Source of the DNA: Isurus oxyrinchus
Lineage: Eukaryota
Length of the DNA stretch: 64,000 nucleotides
Assembly: GCA_026770705.1 (NCBI GenBank)
Contig: JANJGN010000039.1
Span: 10,230,001-10,294,000, forward strand
Reading direction: 5' to 3'
Shown: in pieces, positions 11,357 to 22,472 of the stretch
Layout of the letters: the number at the start of each line of letters is the position of its first letter
Position numbering within the stretch: position 1 is the stretch's first letter
Translations under genes and position numbers: made by a program
Notes under the pieces: model-generated
What the model was told of the DNA's origin: nothing
The model's database searches: none
Seen by the model: the letters and a program-made list of their open reading frames with translations, nothing else

Positions 11357-11525
11357 TCCCTTCTGTTTGAGGTTCCAGTGATTATAATGTGTGAGGTTTC
11401 TCTGTACGTTATCCCATCCAGACGGGTAGCTGTTATTTCTGAAGTTGTTGGGCCAGGGGATGCACTGTCAGTGGATTTTCCAGTTGAACGTTGCTCAAAT
11501 TCCAGAGTTTCATTTGATCCTGGAT
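11357..11525 (-). pseudogene. Stalk-exon cassette copy D: (D)PGSNETLEFEQRSTGKSTDSASPGPTTSEITATRLDGITYRETSHIIITGTSNRR
   Basis: Acceptor cttcattgcAG|ATCCAGG. Stop-free (ORF 11224..11571), but the candidate donor GTATGA falls in phase 2. Confidence 0.65.
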
Positions 11526-12340
11526 CTGCAATGAAGTAAGGAAACATGGGCGATTGCAGTGTCTGAATCAACTCAAGAGATCATTGAGTTGGCAGTAAAG
11601 TTGAGAAAGAGATTCACTTCACCATTAATACTGTCTGATTTGCACCAATTTCACACTTCTCTCTCACTCCTGATGTGGCCCAGTCACTAATTCCCATTCC
11701 CCATCTCTCAATACATCCCACTCCCCTCAGTCAATACATCCCACTACCGTCATTCATTATACCATACTCTGACGTCACTGCCTATCACTCGACTCAGTCA
11801 TTAACTCACTGTCCTCACACTCTCTGCACCCCAAACCCTCACTCAGTACTTCCCCTTCACTTCAGGCACTGCATCTCACTCCCACCAGTCACTTCATCGC
11901 ACTCTCCTCAGCCTTGGCATGCCACTCTTCTCAGTCGCTATATTCCACTTCCCTCAGCCTCTACATCCCACTGCCTCCAGCCTTTTCATCTGGCTGTCCT
12001 CATTCATAACATCCCACTTACCTCAGTAACTCCATTCCACTCTGCTGCGCCTGTTCATCCCACTCTGCACAGCCTCTAAATCCAACTCTCCTCAGTTAAT
12101 ACATCGCAATCCCCTCAGTGAATACATTACACTTCCCTCAAACATGGCATCCCTGTGCCCTCTGTCACAACATCCCAATATGCTCAATTGGTATACCCAC
12201 TTCCCTCAGTCATGTGAATCCATTCCCCAAAATCGTTGCATTCCACTCGCTTCAGTCACTACACCTCACTCCCCTGAGTGAATATAACGCACTGCATCCC
12301 AGACCACAGCGTCACGAGAAACCATTTTCCCCAGCCTCAC

Positions 12341-12447
12341 CATCCCGCCAATTTTGAAATGATATTTCCCCGATCATGTTGTGTGAAGATAATCTGTAGA
12401 ACATTCCGTCCAGACTGTTTTGAAATTTCAGAACCTGTTGGTCTTCA
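12341..12447 (-). pseudogene. Stalk-exon cassette copy C (5'-truncated): RPTGSEISKQSGRNVLQIIFTQHDRGNIISK
   Basis: 'IFTQHDRGNII' aligns with copy B 'IFTQYDRRNVI'. Donor-like GTGAGG at the satellite boundary. Confidence 0.6.
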
Positions 12448-13143
12448 CTTGAATTTTTACAATGTCACTGCACCCCATTCCATCCCAATCACCTCAGTCA
12501 CTGCATATCACTTACCTCGATTAGTGCATCCCACTCCCATCAGTCACTACAGCCCATTCCCCAGAGTCACTGTATCTCATTCCCTCAGTCAATACATCTC
12601 ACTCCCTGCAGGCACTGCATCCCATCGTCTCCATCAATGCATCTCCCTCCCCCAGGTTACTACATCCCACCTCCTCAGTAACTACATCCCATCTCCTCAG
12701 ACACAGTGTCTCACTCACCTAGGTCTCTCGAATGCACTGCCTCCAGACACTACAGCCCACCTTCCTCAGTCACTAGGTCCCAATCCCCTCAATCACTGCA
12801 TCCAGCTGCGCTCAATCGCTATAAACTACTCCCTTCGTCAAGACATCCCACACGTCGCCGTCATTCATCCCTCTCCCCTCAGTCACTACATCCCACTCCC
12901 CTCAGTCTCACCATCCCACTCCTCTCAGTCACTACATACCACTCCCCTCAGTCTCTCAATCCCGCTCCCCTCAGTTACTACATACCACTCCCCTCAGTCT
13001 CACCATCCCACTCCTCTCAGTCACTTCATTCCACTGCGCTCAGTCAGTATACTCCACTGCCCTCGTCATATGTCTCGGTCTCCTCAGTTACTACATACCA
13101 CTGCCCTCAGTCATAAGTCCCACTCACTTCATTATCTCCATAC

Positions 13144-13307
13144 CACTTCCTTTAGTATGACATTTCGGCGATCATATTGTGTGAAGATTTGATGCCGACT
13201 TTGCGCTTCACCTCATGTTTCTGATCTTGTTGGGCTTGATGAGCAAGGGTGCGTGGCTCCTGGAGTGGACTGTTCTTCAGATTCCGGAGTTGTTGTTATG
13301 CCTGGAC
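13144..13307 (-). pseudogene. Stalk-exon cassette copy B: (G)PGITTTPESEEQSTPGATHPCSSSPTRSET*GEAQSRHQIFTQYDRRNVILKEV
   Basis: Acceptor cttcactgcAG, donor GTG|GTATGG. 164 nt, phase 1 to 0. A single TGA at 13213-13215. Confidence 0.7.
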
Positions 13308-13880
13308 CTGCAGTGAAGCCAGGCAACATTGGAGATTGCTGCATTCGTATCACCTCAACAGATCATTTAATTTGTAGGAAGTTCAGAAAATGATTCATTG
13401 CATCATTTATACAGTTTGAAACCCACCAATGCCACTCTTCTCTCTCAGTCCTGAATGTATCACAGTCAGTAACGCCCACTTCACTAGTTCACTACATCCG
13501 ACTTTCGTAATTTGCAACATCCCCCTCCCACAAGTCACTACACCCCACTGCCCTCAGTCACTACAGCCTCCCACTTTCCTCTGTCTCCACGTCCCAATAC
13601 ACTCAGTCGCTACACCCACTCCCCTCAATTACTGCCACTCCCTTCAGCCACTACATCTCACTGCCGGCAGTCTCGACATCCAACTCCACTAGGTCACTGC
13701 TTCCCACAACCCTCACTCACTGCTGCCTACTACTCTGATTCAATGCATCCCATCCCCTGTATTACTCCCACCACTCAGTGCATCCCAATACATCAGTCAC
13801 TATATCCCACACCCCTCAGTTACATCCAGGGCCCCTCCGTCACAAAATCCATCTTCCGTCAGCCTCTCAGTTCTCCTCAC

Positions 13881-14045
13881 TTCAGTGTGAAATTTCACAG
13901 ATATTTTTGAGCGTTTATTATGTGAAGAATGCCCTCTACAGACGGGTAGCTGATATTTCAGATCCTGCTGAGATCGATGATGGAGGGAGAGTGGATTTTC
14001 GAATCGGGCGTTCCTCAGATTCCGGATTTTTTATAAACCCTGTAT
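13881..14045 (-). pseudogene. Stalk-exon cassette copy A: (D)TGFIKNPESEERPIRKSTLPPSSISAGSEISATRL*
   Basis: Homologous to the other copies. Acceptor mutated (gcAA), several stops, upstream flank replaced by a LINE. Confidence 0.65.
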
Positions 14046-14061
14046 TTGCATTGAAAGAAGG

Positions 14062-14375
14062 AGTTTCTTCTTGGTGGTAGCGGTCGTGGATTTGGAAGGT
14101 CCTATATCTAAGGAGCCTTGCTGAGTTCCTGTCGTGCCTCTTTTAGATGGTGCGATCTGCTTTCACTCTGCTTCTGTGGTGGAGGGCGTGAACGTTTAAG
14201 GTGTTGGATGAGGTAACAATCCAGCCTGGTTGCTTTGTCCTGGAAAGCGTTGATCTTCTTGAGTTGTTGGAGCTGCAATTATCCAGGCATTTGGATATTA
14301 TTCCATCACACTCCTGACGAGTGCCTTGTAGATGTGGAAAGATGCATTGTGGACAGGCTTTGGGGAGCCAGAAGG
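14062..14375 (-). mobile_element. CR1/L2-like LINE 3' fragment
   Basis: 'tgctttgtcctgg..ttccatcacactcctgac..gtgccttgtagat..ggacaggctttgggg' is the reverse of LSTIYKAQVRSVMEY. Confidence 0.8.
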
Positions 14376-14519
14376 GGATTAGTGTGGGTAGTTAATTAGT
14401 TAGTGTATAGAGGAAGATTGAACGATGTTAATGCCTTTGGGTGTCAGGGGTGGGGTGGAAACTTAGCTTCTCTCTTGTTGGTTACAATCATTTCCTGGAT
14501 ACTGTGTGGTGCGAATGTT

Positions 14520-14830
14520 ACTGTCCACCTATGGGAAGGCTGTGGCATAGTGCTAATGTCAGTAAAGCAGTGATCCAGTCTGCCAGGTTCATGGCCAGGA
14601 GACACAGGCTCACGCACAACCACTGCAGCTGTTAAATTAAATGCACTGAGTAAATCTGGAATATAAAGCCAGTCTCAGTAACTGCGAGTGTGAATTCATG
14701 TGGTTCATTTTTGGGAAGGAAACCTGCCGTCCTTACCTGGAGTGGCCAACACGTGACCGCAAACCTACAGCAATATACTCGAATCTGAAATGGCCGTGCA
14801 ACACACTCAGTTGTCTCAAACCGGTATCCA
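14520..14830 (+). mobile_element. Shark-type SINE
   Basis: 5' 'gtggcatagtgctaatgtcagt..cagtgatccag' head, then 'aaatctggaat..agccagtctcagtaa' and 'gggaaggaaacctgccgtccttacctgg'. Confidence 0.6.
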
Positions 14831-14959
14831 CAAAATGATATTTCATCTGCCTTTGTTCTCTATGTCCCCACTGATATCACTGACGACTTCCATCTCTCTG
14901 CGGTTCATGTGCCTGCACTACCACCCTTCTCACTTTATCTAGTTTATCAGAACGTGTCC

Positions 14960-15115
14960 CTGTGCATTTCCTTTTCAACTGGTACCATCCTTCCTGAATT
15001 TTGTTATCACACTTCCAATTGCCAGAGCACACAGTCCAAGGACAATCGATGCTCTGCCAAGCCTGGTCCAGGACTGTGTGATTCACACACCAGTAAGTGA
15101 TTGCCGAGTACATGA
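14960..15115 (-). pseudogene. D8C (uromodulin/GP2/OIT3 decoy-type) domain exon, internally deleted
   Basis: Acceptor ttttgtctctcAG. Encodes YWCVNHTVLDQAWQSIDCPWTVCSGNWKCDNKIQEGWYQL, matching D8C DPCxNxTxLDxPWRS...CD..L..GWYRF. It then jumps to KCT(G) with GG where a GT donor is expected. Confidence 0.8.
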
Positions 15116-15419
15116 CTGAGAGACAAAATGTGTTTCACGTTAATATAAAAGAAAGTTAAATTTGCATAGCGAATTCATTGTAACGCCGAAGGCAGCAATA
15201 ACATCAGTTTCTCTGCCTCCTGCTTGAAATAGTCGCAAGTTCAAGCTTGATTCATTTCTCCTTCTTTTAACTAAGTTTCCGTCTGTCACCCAGCTCAACC
15301 TCCCCCTCCAACTAACTTCTCCCAAACAGAATTTCCAATTCTAAATTAACCATTCCCACTTAGTTAACATAACTTAGCAACAGCCTCAGCATCAACTCAA
15401 CCTAACAGAAACGCTGCAA

Positions 15420-15690
15420 ATAATCAGTGAGACATACCCTGCGCTACCTCATCCCGGGTAAAAACTGAGTACAGAGGGTGAGGGATAGTCGATGGTCAGT
15501 GAGAGATATCCTTGTTTATCTCAATCCGCAGGTGAACACTGAGTACAGATGGTGAGGGACACTCGAAAGGTCAGTGAGAGATATACTGTGCTATCTCAGT
15601 CCGCATGTGAACACTGAGTACAGAGGGTGAGCGGTACCCGATGAGCAGTGAGAGGTATCCAGCGGTATCTCTGTCCGCAGGTGAAATCAG
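15420..15690. repeat. ~74-bp tandem repeat, about 3.5 copies
   Basis: CAGTGAGA..ATCTC..TCCGCAGGTGAACACTGAGTACAGAGGGTGAG unit starts at ~15425, 15497, 15572 and 15646. Confidence 0.9.
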
Positions 15691-16009
15691 ATTCGGAATA
15701 ATTTTCTCTTGTGACTGCTTATCGTGAAACCTAAACACTCAATGTTGTATAAATTAATACTGAATTGATAAATAAATTGGATATTTGATATAAGTATTAA
15801 TTTAATAACACATAAGACAAATTGAATAATATATTCACGATTAAAATTCTGAAATTATGACAAAGCTAAAGATTAGAATCTGAATGGACATATAGAAATG
15901 GCACAATGATATTTTTAATAAATTAAAAATCAGACTTTTTGCATAAATAACCGTGAAATACACGGTTAACAGTCAGTGTTGTGACCCTTGTTCTTGCTGA
16001 TATATATTA

Positions 16010-16930
16010 ATGAGCAAGTGTATACAGGGCACAATTCCAAATATTTGTGGAAATTACAAAAGCTGGAAGCATTGTGAACTGTGAAGAGGACAGTGAAGTG
16101 TAGATAAATCGGTGAAGTGAGTGGATTGGAGGCAGATAAATTACAAGACGGAGAAATGTGAAACGATTCATTTTGGTAGGAAGAACATGTGGAGAAACAA
16201 GGGGTTTAATACAAACATGATGCAGGAGCAGAGAGACCTGGCTGTATATGTGCATGTGTTATTGAATGTAGTAGGAAAGGATGGGGTAGTGCCGAACAAA
16301 GCACACAGTATCTCAGGCCTTCTTAATATGGGCCGTGTACAGGAGCAAGCCGGTTATGTTGAACTTGTATAAGATACCATTTCAGCCTCAGCTGGAGCAC
16401 TGGATCCAGTCCTTGTCTGCACACTTTGAGAAGGATGTGAAGGCATTGGAAATATTGCAGAAAAGGTACACATGAATACTTCCTGGGGTAAGGAACTGCC
16501 GTTACGGAGATATTTTGGGGAAGCTGGAGCAGTTTTCCTTGGGCAGGAGATTGTTGGGAGGAGATTTGATAGCGGTGTTCAAAATCATGAGGGGTCTGGA
16601 GAGTGTGTAAAGAGAGGAACGGTTCCCATTGGGGGAAGGAGCGAGAACGACAGGGACACGTAATTAAGGATAATGGGAAAAGAAATGATGGCGACATGAG
16701 GAGAAACTATTTTACACAGTGAATGGTTAGGGTGTCGATTGCAATGTCTGGGAATGTGTTAGATGGAGTTTCAATGGAAGCATTCAAAAGGGAATTATAT
16801 TGTTATCTGAACACGAAGAATGTGCAGGGTCACGTGGAGAGCGGAGGCGGGGAATGGTACTAGTTCTACTGCCCATTGGGAGAAACTGTGCTGACACAAT
16901 TGGTTGAATGGCATCCTTATGCACTGTAAC
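16010..16930 (+). mobile_element. CR1 LINE, RT C-terminus and 3' end
   Basis: 'WRQINYKTEKCETIHFGRKN', 'EQRDLAVYVH', remnant of RPQLE.WIQ.W, and a CR1-type 3' UTR. Confidence 0.9.
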
Positions 16931-17099
16931 AATTATGTCATTCCATGATTTCAGAGTACCTGATGAATATAAAACATTGGAGCAGAATACAAAAAATATG
17001 GCTGCCCAGTGCAAATTAATAATGCATTGAATTATGTAAGATTCACAGCAGAGAAACAGGCAATTCTGTGGATTTTCCCTATGTCGTTGTTTATTCTCC

Positions 17100-17490
17100 A
17101 TATTAGCCACCTCCCAGCCCTTCTTGAACTCAGCCCATTAACATATTTTCCTGTTCATTTCACCATCGTGTGTTCAACCAGCTTCAATAAAATCCATCTA
17201 TGTTACTCGCCACTCCACTTCCTGTTATCAAGTTCCACTTTCTCAAAGTTATCCTGGTGCAAGGATGCTTCCTGAAATCCCATTTGCATTTACTGGTGAC
17301 TATCTGAGATTTATGATTTTTGCCCCTCCCGCAAGTGAAGACATCTTCTGTATGTCAAACTAATCAGAGACTGTCACAACTTTATACGTCGCTATCTGAT
17401 TGCCCCTCAGTCTTCAACTTTCAAAAGAGAAATAGGCCCCAGTCAGGTCAGCATTTTCAGGTACATTAAAATTTCTCCGTTCTGGGTTCT
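17100..17490 (-). mobile_element. Degraded CR1 fragment
   Basis: Reverse-strand remnants of FSFEKLRLRGNQIATYKV and RKHPCTRITL. Confidence 0.5.
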
Positions 17491-17689
17491 TCCTTGCCAT
17501 ACTTTTATGCCTTAATCAGGCTTTCAGAGATGTTATTGTCGGTAATTTGGAGATCCCACTGTGCAGGGTACACATGTTAAAGCAATCAGGCATGGGGTAC
17601 ATTTAAATAAGATTTGTGATTGTGACTACGAGTGATAACGAAGGGAGAATTTTGAAATACACCTCATAATTGAACCTCTCCAATCAAGT

Positions 17690-18490
17690 TTCAGAATACA
17701 GGAAGAGGAGGCGCCCATTGAGCTCCTCGAGTTTATTGCAGCATTTAGTGATATTATAGTTGATTTGTGATATAATGCAACACGTCAGTCTTTGCCCCGT
17801 ATCCTTTCAGACCTTTGGATAATGATATGTAGCAATCTCAGATTTCGATGTTAAGCATTCATTGCCTTTTACAAAAGAGATATGCAAAGCTGTAGTTACT
17901 TAATATGTAGAAATGCTTGCAAATTTCGTACAAGAAACTGTGACTGTAAGTTTTATATCACGCCCACCCCCCCCCCCCCCCCCCCCCCCCCAACTGCCCC
18001 ACCAGCCCCATTCTCCACATCTGGGCTCTCGCAAATAGATTCTATCTACCTGGCCCCTACCCCATGATAGATTGAACAGTTGGATAAAATCAGCACCCCT
18101 TCTTAAAAGGGGCAAAAACCTCAGTTTGCCTAAAATTTCCTAATAATTTAACCTTTGGAATGGAGGTTTCATTTTGGTAAACCTACACTAATTCTGAGGC
18201 CAATCTATCCTTCCTAAGGTGCCGTGCACAGACCTGCTCACAGTTGCTCCATGTATGGTCCGACCAGGGCTTTATGAATTCGAAACATGATGTCTACAAA
18301 GTTGCCGTCCATTAGAACAGGTAGAAAGGTCAGCATCCTATTAGGCTTTTGGATTATTTTACGAACCTTTTAAAGATATGCCATAATCTGTGTAAAGGAT
18401 CCCCAAGCCTCTTTGCACCTCCAACACTTGAGGAATTTCACTAATTAGAAAGATGACTGATTTTTCCGTTTTGAGTCCAGACTGAATAAG
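17690..18490 (-). mobile_element. Degraded CR1 3' portion (inverted counterpart of 47860-48605)
   Basis: 'ggccaatctatccttcctaaggtgccgtgcacagacctgctcacag..ggtccgaccagggctttat' is the reverse of the KALVRPHLEYCxQ.W.P.LRKDILAL motif. Confidence 0.75.
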
Positions 18491-18779
18491 CTCACGTGAG
18501 GGAGAGGTTATTCACTATATCAATCCCTCCAACATTCACAATCTGTCAGTAGCTGTCACTGACCTCGGCTGTTTGTATAGAGACTTGCTTTTAAATTTAA
18601 ATACTCAAACCCCACGTGTGCAACTTGAAGTCACACTCCATGGATTAGTTGCCCTGTGACGTATTGATTTTCTATCTCACTCCCAAACACCCCGTTGTCC
18701 ATCGCCTGGCCCCCAGTAGTCGTCATCTATCCCCATTCTCACAAAATCTTTAATCTATACCAGGGACATAATGAGGGGA

Positions 18780-19560
18780 CGGGGTGTTCTGTGTCCAAGC
18801 TGGGTCATATCACCAAGCTGGGTAGTAAATTGGCCTCATTTTGTCTGCCCCTCACTTCGAGTATGATGTCTATTCGGGGTGACCACATCATGCCATGGGT
18901 CTTCATGTAGATGAATAGGCCGACTCAAACCACAGAGCTTCGGACACAGGGGGCGGGACTTCCCACCAGGTACTGGGATCCGGAGAGCAGGATTTGCATC
19001 CTTTACTTCTCTTCCCTGCAGCCACTCTACCTCATCATTAAGCCACGGTGATTCAAAGCGTGATGCAGAATGATGGACACATAGTCACCATTTTGACCCA
19101 TTGACAACGAGCTCCTCCCCGTCATTGCCATCGATGCTGCCACACTTGAGGGAGTGATTCAAAGTGTTTCCGTGGAATGCTGGCCATTAGGGAGTTGAAA
19201 AACAGGACATGACCGTGAGAGATAAAAACAAAAAACTGCGGATTCTAAAAATCCAAAACAAAAACAGAATTACCTAGAAAAACTCAGCAGGTCTGTTCTG
19301 TTGAAGGGTCATGAGGACTCGAAATGTCAAATCTTTTCTTCTCCGCTGATGCTGCCAGAGCTGCTGAGATTTTCCAGGTAATTCTGTTTCTCACGTTTCC
19401 ATCATCCAGACACAGTGTCCAGTCTGTTGACAGTGATTCTGCAATTTTTGTAGTTAAGTTTCATGCAGCCAGCTTCAGGATGGATGCGCACCTATGTTCG
19501 TGAGTCCGCCCAGTGTATACGGCGGTGTCACTGCTCGTGGAAATTCCTCTTTCGCGTTCA
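18780..19560 (-). mobile_element. RTE-clade LINE 3' fragment
   Basis: Reverse of the RTE C-terminus (..SRPLCPKLCGLSRPIHLHEDP / C..C...GL..H.KTH zinc-knuckle-like end). Inverted copy of 45355-45940. Confidence 0.75.
19222..19390. mobile_element. Penelope-like terminal-repeat remnant with inverted ends
   Basis: ACAGAATTACCTAGAAAAACTCAGCAG ... CTGCTGAGATTTTCCAGGTAATTCTGT inverted repeat around 'gaagggtcatgaggactcgaaatgtcaa'. A related half copy lies at ~47320-47420. Confidence 0.65.
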
Positions 19561-20454
19561 TTGGCATCATGGTAAAGCTGTGAGGAGGACACAAAGAACT
19601 GGAAAGTGATAAAGGCAATATAACTGAGCCAGCAATGCGGCGGCAGGTCGAGTATAACGCAGACAAATGTGATATTATCCACTTTGGCAGGTAGAATAGA
19701 AGAACAACTCCGCTCTTGATCTCACACACATCCTTGCTGTCACACACACTCTCTTCCATATGCTAATTCACACAGTGTGGCATTCCCCTTGATGATTGTT
19801 GAATTATCCATCAAGTCCAGGGTAATTTAGCCAGTACGTTCCACTCTTCACTCTTCCCGCGGGCCCCTCTGCTCCACACCCGACACCGCACTTGCCGCAA
19901 ACCCCCTCCCATCCCCCGCAACCTCCAGGGCCTGAGTTCTCTCCTGTGGTCCCCGGTCTCCCCCTCCCACACTTCCCATAGCCCCGTATCTCACTATCAC
20001 TCCAGTCTTTCTCCTCCCAGCCCCCCAATCTCAGATCCCGTAAATGAATAAAAGAGAATTCCAGGTTTATGAATTAATTCGGCTTTCCATGGGATGAATT
20101 CAACCCATGTTCTCAGAACATTCTCCTAAGCATCTGGATCGCACAACCAATGACACCCCCACTCTGGCACTATCTCTCCTATCTGACAGCAGAGCAGTTT
20201 CATGGGAACGGAGTTCACTTTCATAGTAGTGGGAATGATTGGGCTTGCTAGGCTTGGCCATTTTGCTATGAACGTGAGCAGAGAGAAGCCATGTTAGCAT
20301 TGCAATCCTTGCTCTACATGAACTCCTCACTGATGATCAACACTATTGGAAGCTTGTCACTGAATTACCCTGGACTTGAGGCATAATTTTACAATCATCA
20401 AATAGTCAATAAAAGTCAGATTTCTGTACATTACCATTAAACTTCCTAAGCAAG

Positions 20455-21010
20455 GATGACATACGACCATGAAAATTAGAAGCAGGAGTGGGCCACTCGG
20501 CCCCTTGATCCTGCTCCCCTGTTCAGTAAGATCATGGCTGATCTGTTTGTGAGCACAGCAGTACATTCATGACCCCAATCGCCCTACCCCCCTCCCCCCC
20601 AACACCCACCCTGGCCGAAAAACTTTCAACCCCTTGTTCACAGAGTATCTCTCTGGGTCGGCCATCAACATACTCAAAGTCTCTTCTCCCGCCACCTTTT
20701 GAGGAAGATAGTCCCAAAGACTCATGACACTCTGAGAGAAAGTACTTCTTATCTCTGTCTCCACTGGGCGACCCTCTTTATTGTAAACAGTGTAAAGCCT
20801 CATTTCAGTTCCCCTCACACAGAGAATCATCCATTACATATCCTGGCTTTCCAGACCCCCTTAGAATCCTACATTTCTCAGAATCTCAAGTTTAAGAGCC
20901 TCTTATTCTTCTAACCTCCAGCGTATAACAGCCTAGCCTGAGCCACCTTTCCCCTTTAGACAAACCGCCCGTTCTTGGTGAACCTGGTGAACCTTCTCCA
21001 AAATGCTTCT
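20455..21010 (-). mobile_element. CR1 LINE 3' end
   Basis: ORFs 20567..20830 and 20892..21074(-): 'RLGCYTLEVRRIRG', 'GRPVETEIRSTFSQSVMSLWDYLPQK'. Confidence 0.85.
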
Positions 21011-21464
21011 GACGCATCGAAGTTCTCTCTTTGAAAGACTGGGGTCTGAGAAGTAAAGGAAAATACGGCCACACAAGATCTGAGAAAGGAATCTACTCTC
21101 CCGGAAAACACTGCCTTGAAATTTTATTTATTGGCCTAATGCATGGGATAGTCAGATGGTATGAAAAATAAGGAATGCATCTGGAAGCGACCCTTTGCCT
21201 GGAATTAAACGCAACGTGAGCAATTAGCTGCAACCAATGACGATGGCCCTGGCTGCACGAGTGACCAATGAACCATTTGAAAAGTCATGGCAGAAGGTGG
21301 TGTGATGGTTTTCTTGGCGGAGAAACACAGAAACATCTCGATGTGGACAAGAAGTGAAGGGATAAGGGTTCAGACCCTCGGAGTTAGAGGGGAAATTGCT
21401 TTCTGGTTGGAGATGGCGAGTCTGGTTAGAGAGAGGTGAATTCCCATCAGTGCGGATTCCATGG

Positions 21465-22472
21465 TAGAGATGACATCACCACCGTAGTTCCTCAGGTTAG
21501 TGTCCTCAGTCCAACCATAAGCAGCTACTGCGACACTGACCTTCCTTCCATCATAAGGTCAGAAGTGGGGATGTTCACTGATGAATGCACAATGTTCAAC
21601 ACAATTCGTGACTCCTCAGATACTGAAACAGTCCGTGTCCAAATGCAGCAAGACCTGGATAATATCCGGGCTTGGACTGACAAGTGACATATAACATTCA
21701 CGTCAAACAAGTGTCAGGCAATGGCCATCTCCAAGAAGGGAGAATCGCACCATCGGTGCTTGTGGTTCAAGGGCAACAACATCACTGAATCCCCCAATAC
21801 CTACATCATGGAGTTTAACATTGAGCACAAACTGAACTGGACTAGCCAAATAAATACTTTGTCGACAAGGGCAGGTCAAAGGCTGGGAATTCTGCAGCAA
21901 GTAACTCGCGTCATAACTCCCCAAAACCTGTCCACCAACGACAAGGCCCAAGTCAGGAGTGTGATGGAATATGGTACACTTGCCTGGATGAGTGCAACTC
22001 CCACAATACTCAATAAGCTCGACACCGTCCACTGTGATGCAGCCTCGCTTTGCTGACATCACATCACAGACATTCACTCCCTGCAAGGCCGAAACACAGT
22101 AGCAGCAATGTGTATCATCGACAAAATGCAGTGCAGCAAATCACCTAACGTCCTGAGACAGGACCTTCCAAACACATGGCCTCTAACATCTAGAAGGGCA
22201 TGTACTGCAGATACATGGGTAGACCAGCACCTGGAAGTTCCCTTCCAAGCCACACATCATCCTGACTTTGAGTTATATCATCATCTCCTTCACTATCGCT
22301 GCATCAAAATCCTAGAGCTCTATCCCTCACAGCACTGTGGGTCTACCTTTACCACAGTGACTGAAGCCGTTCATGAAGGCCGCACACGCACACCTTCAAA
22401 TTGGACAATTAGGGATGGACAATAACTGCTGGCCCAGCCGGCGAACACCTAATCCCACGAATGAGTTAGAAA
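21465..22472 (+). mobile_element. CR1/L2-like LINE, RT core to 3' tail (~1 kb)
   Basis: VPQVSVLSPTISSY...DLPSIIRSEVGMFTDECT (GVPQGSVLGP...FADD), then KLNWTSQIN...KAQVRSVMEY. Confidence 0.92.

Larger units (their letters stand above)
9860..13880. repeat. 23-bp minisatellite (CAGTCACTACATCCCACTCCCCT) forming the introns between stalk cassettes
   Basis: Clean 23-bp period at ~12880-13030, degenerate elsewhere. Interrupted by five non-satellite modules. Confidence 0.9.
6597..15115 (-). pseudogene. Uromodulin/GP2/OIT3-like D8C-domain gene (D8C + mucin-like stalk + Cys-containing C-terminal tail), probably pseudogenised
   Basis: Colinear minus-strand exons: D8C (15115-14960), five stalk cassettes, then four open phase-compatible exons (9591-9567, 8455-8370, 7725-7671, 6901-6864) and AATAAA signals. 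The D8C exon is internally deleted and most cassettes carry stops. Confidence 0.7.

Noticed and set aside
12278-13192. 304-aa mucin-like ORF on the + strand
   Set aside because: 23-bp minisatellite read-through. The real signal is the minus-strand cassettes.
9860-14045. Repeat-plus-insert layout resembling a CRISPR array
   Set aside because: Vertebrate context, degenerate tandem repeats, inserts homologous to each other with splice signals, and no cas genes.
16960-17010. Possible signal-peptide exon for the D8C gene (..IFFVFCSNVLYSS G|GTACTC)
   Set aside because: Weak donor, no convincing start codon and a poor hydrophobic core, so the first exon was not located.
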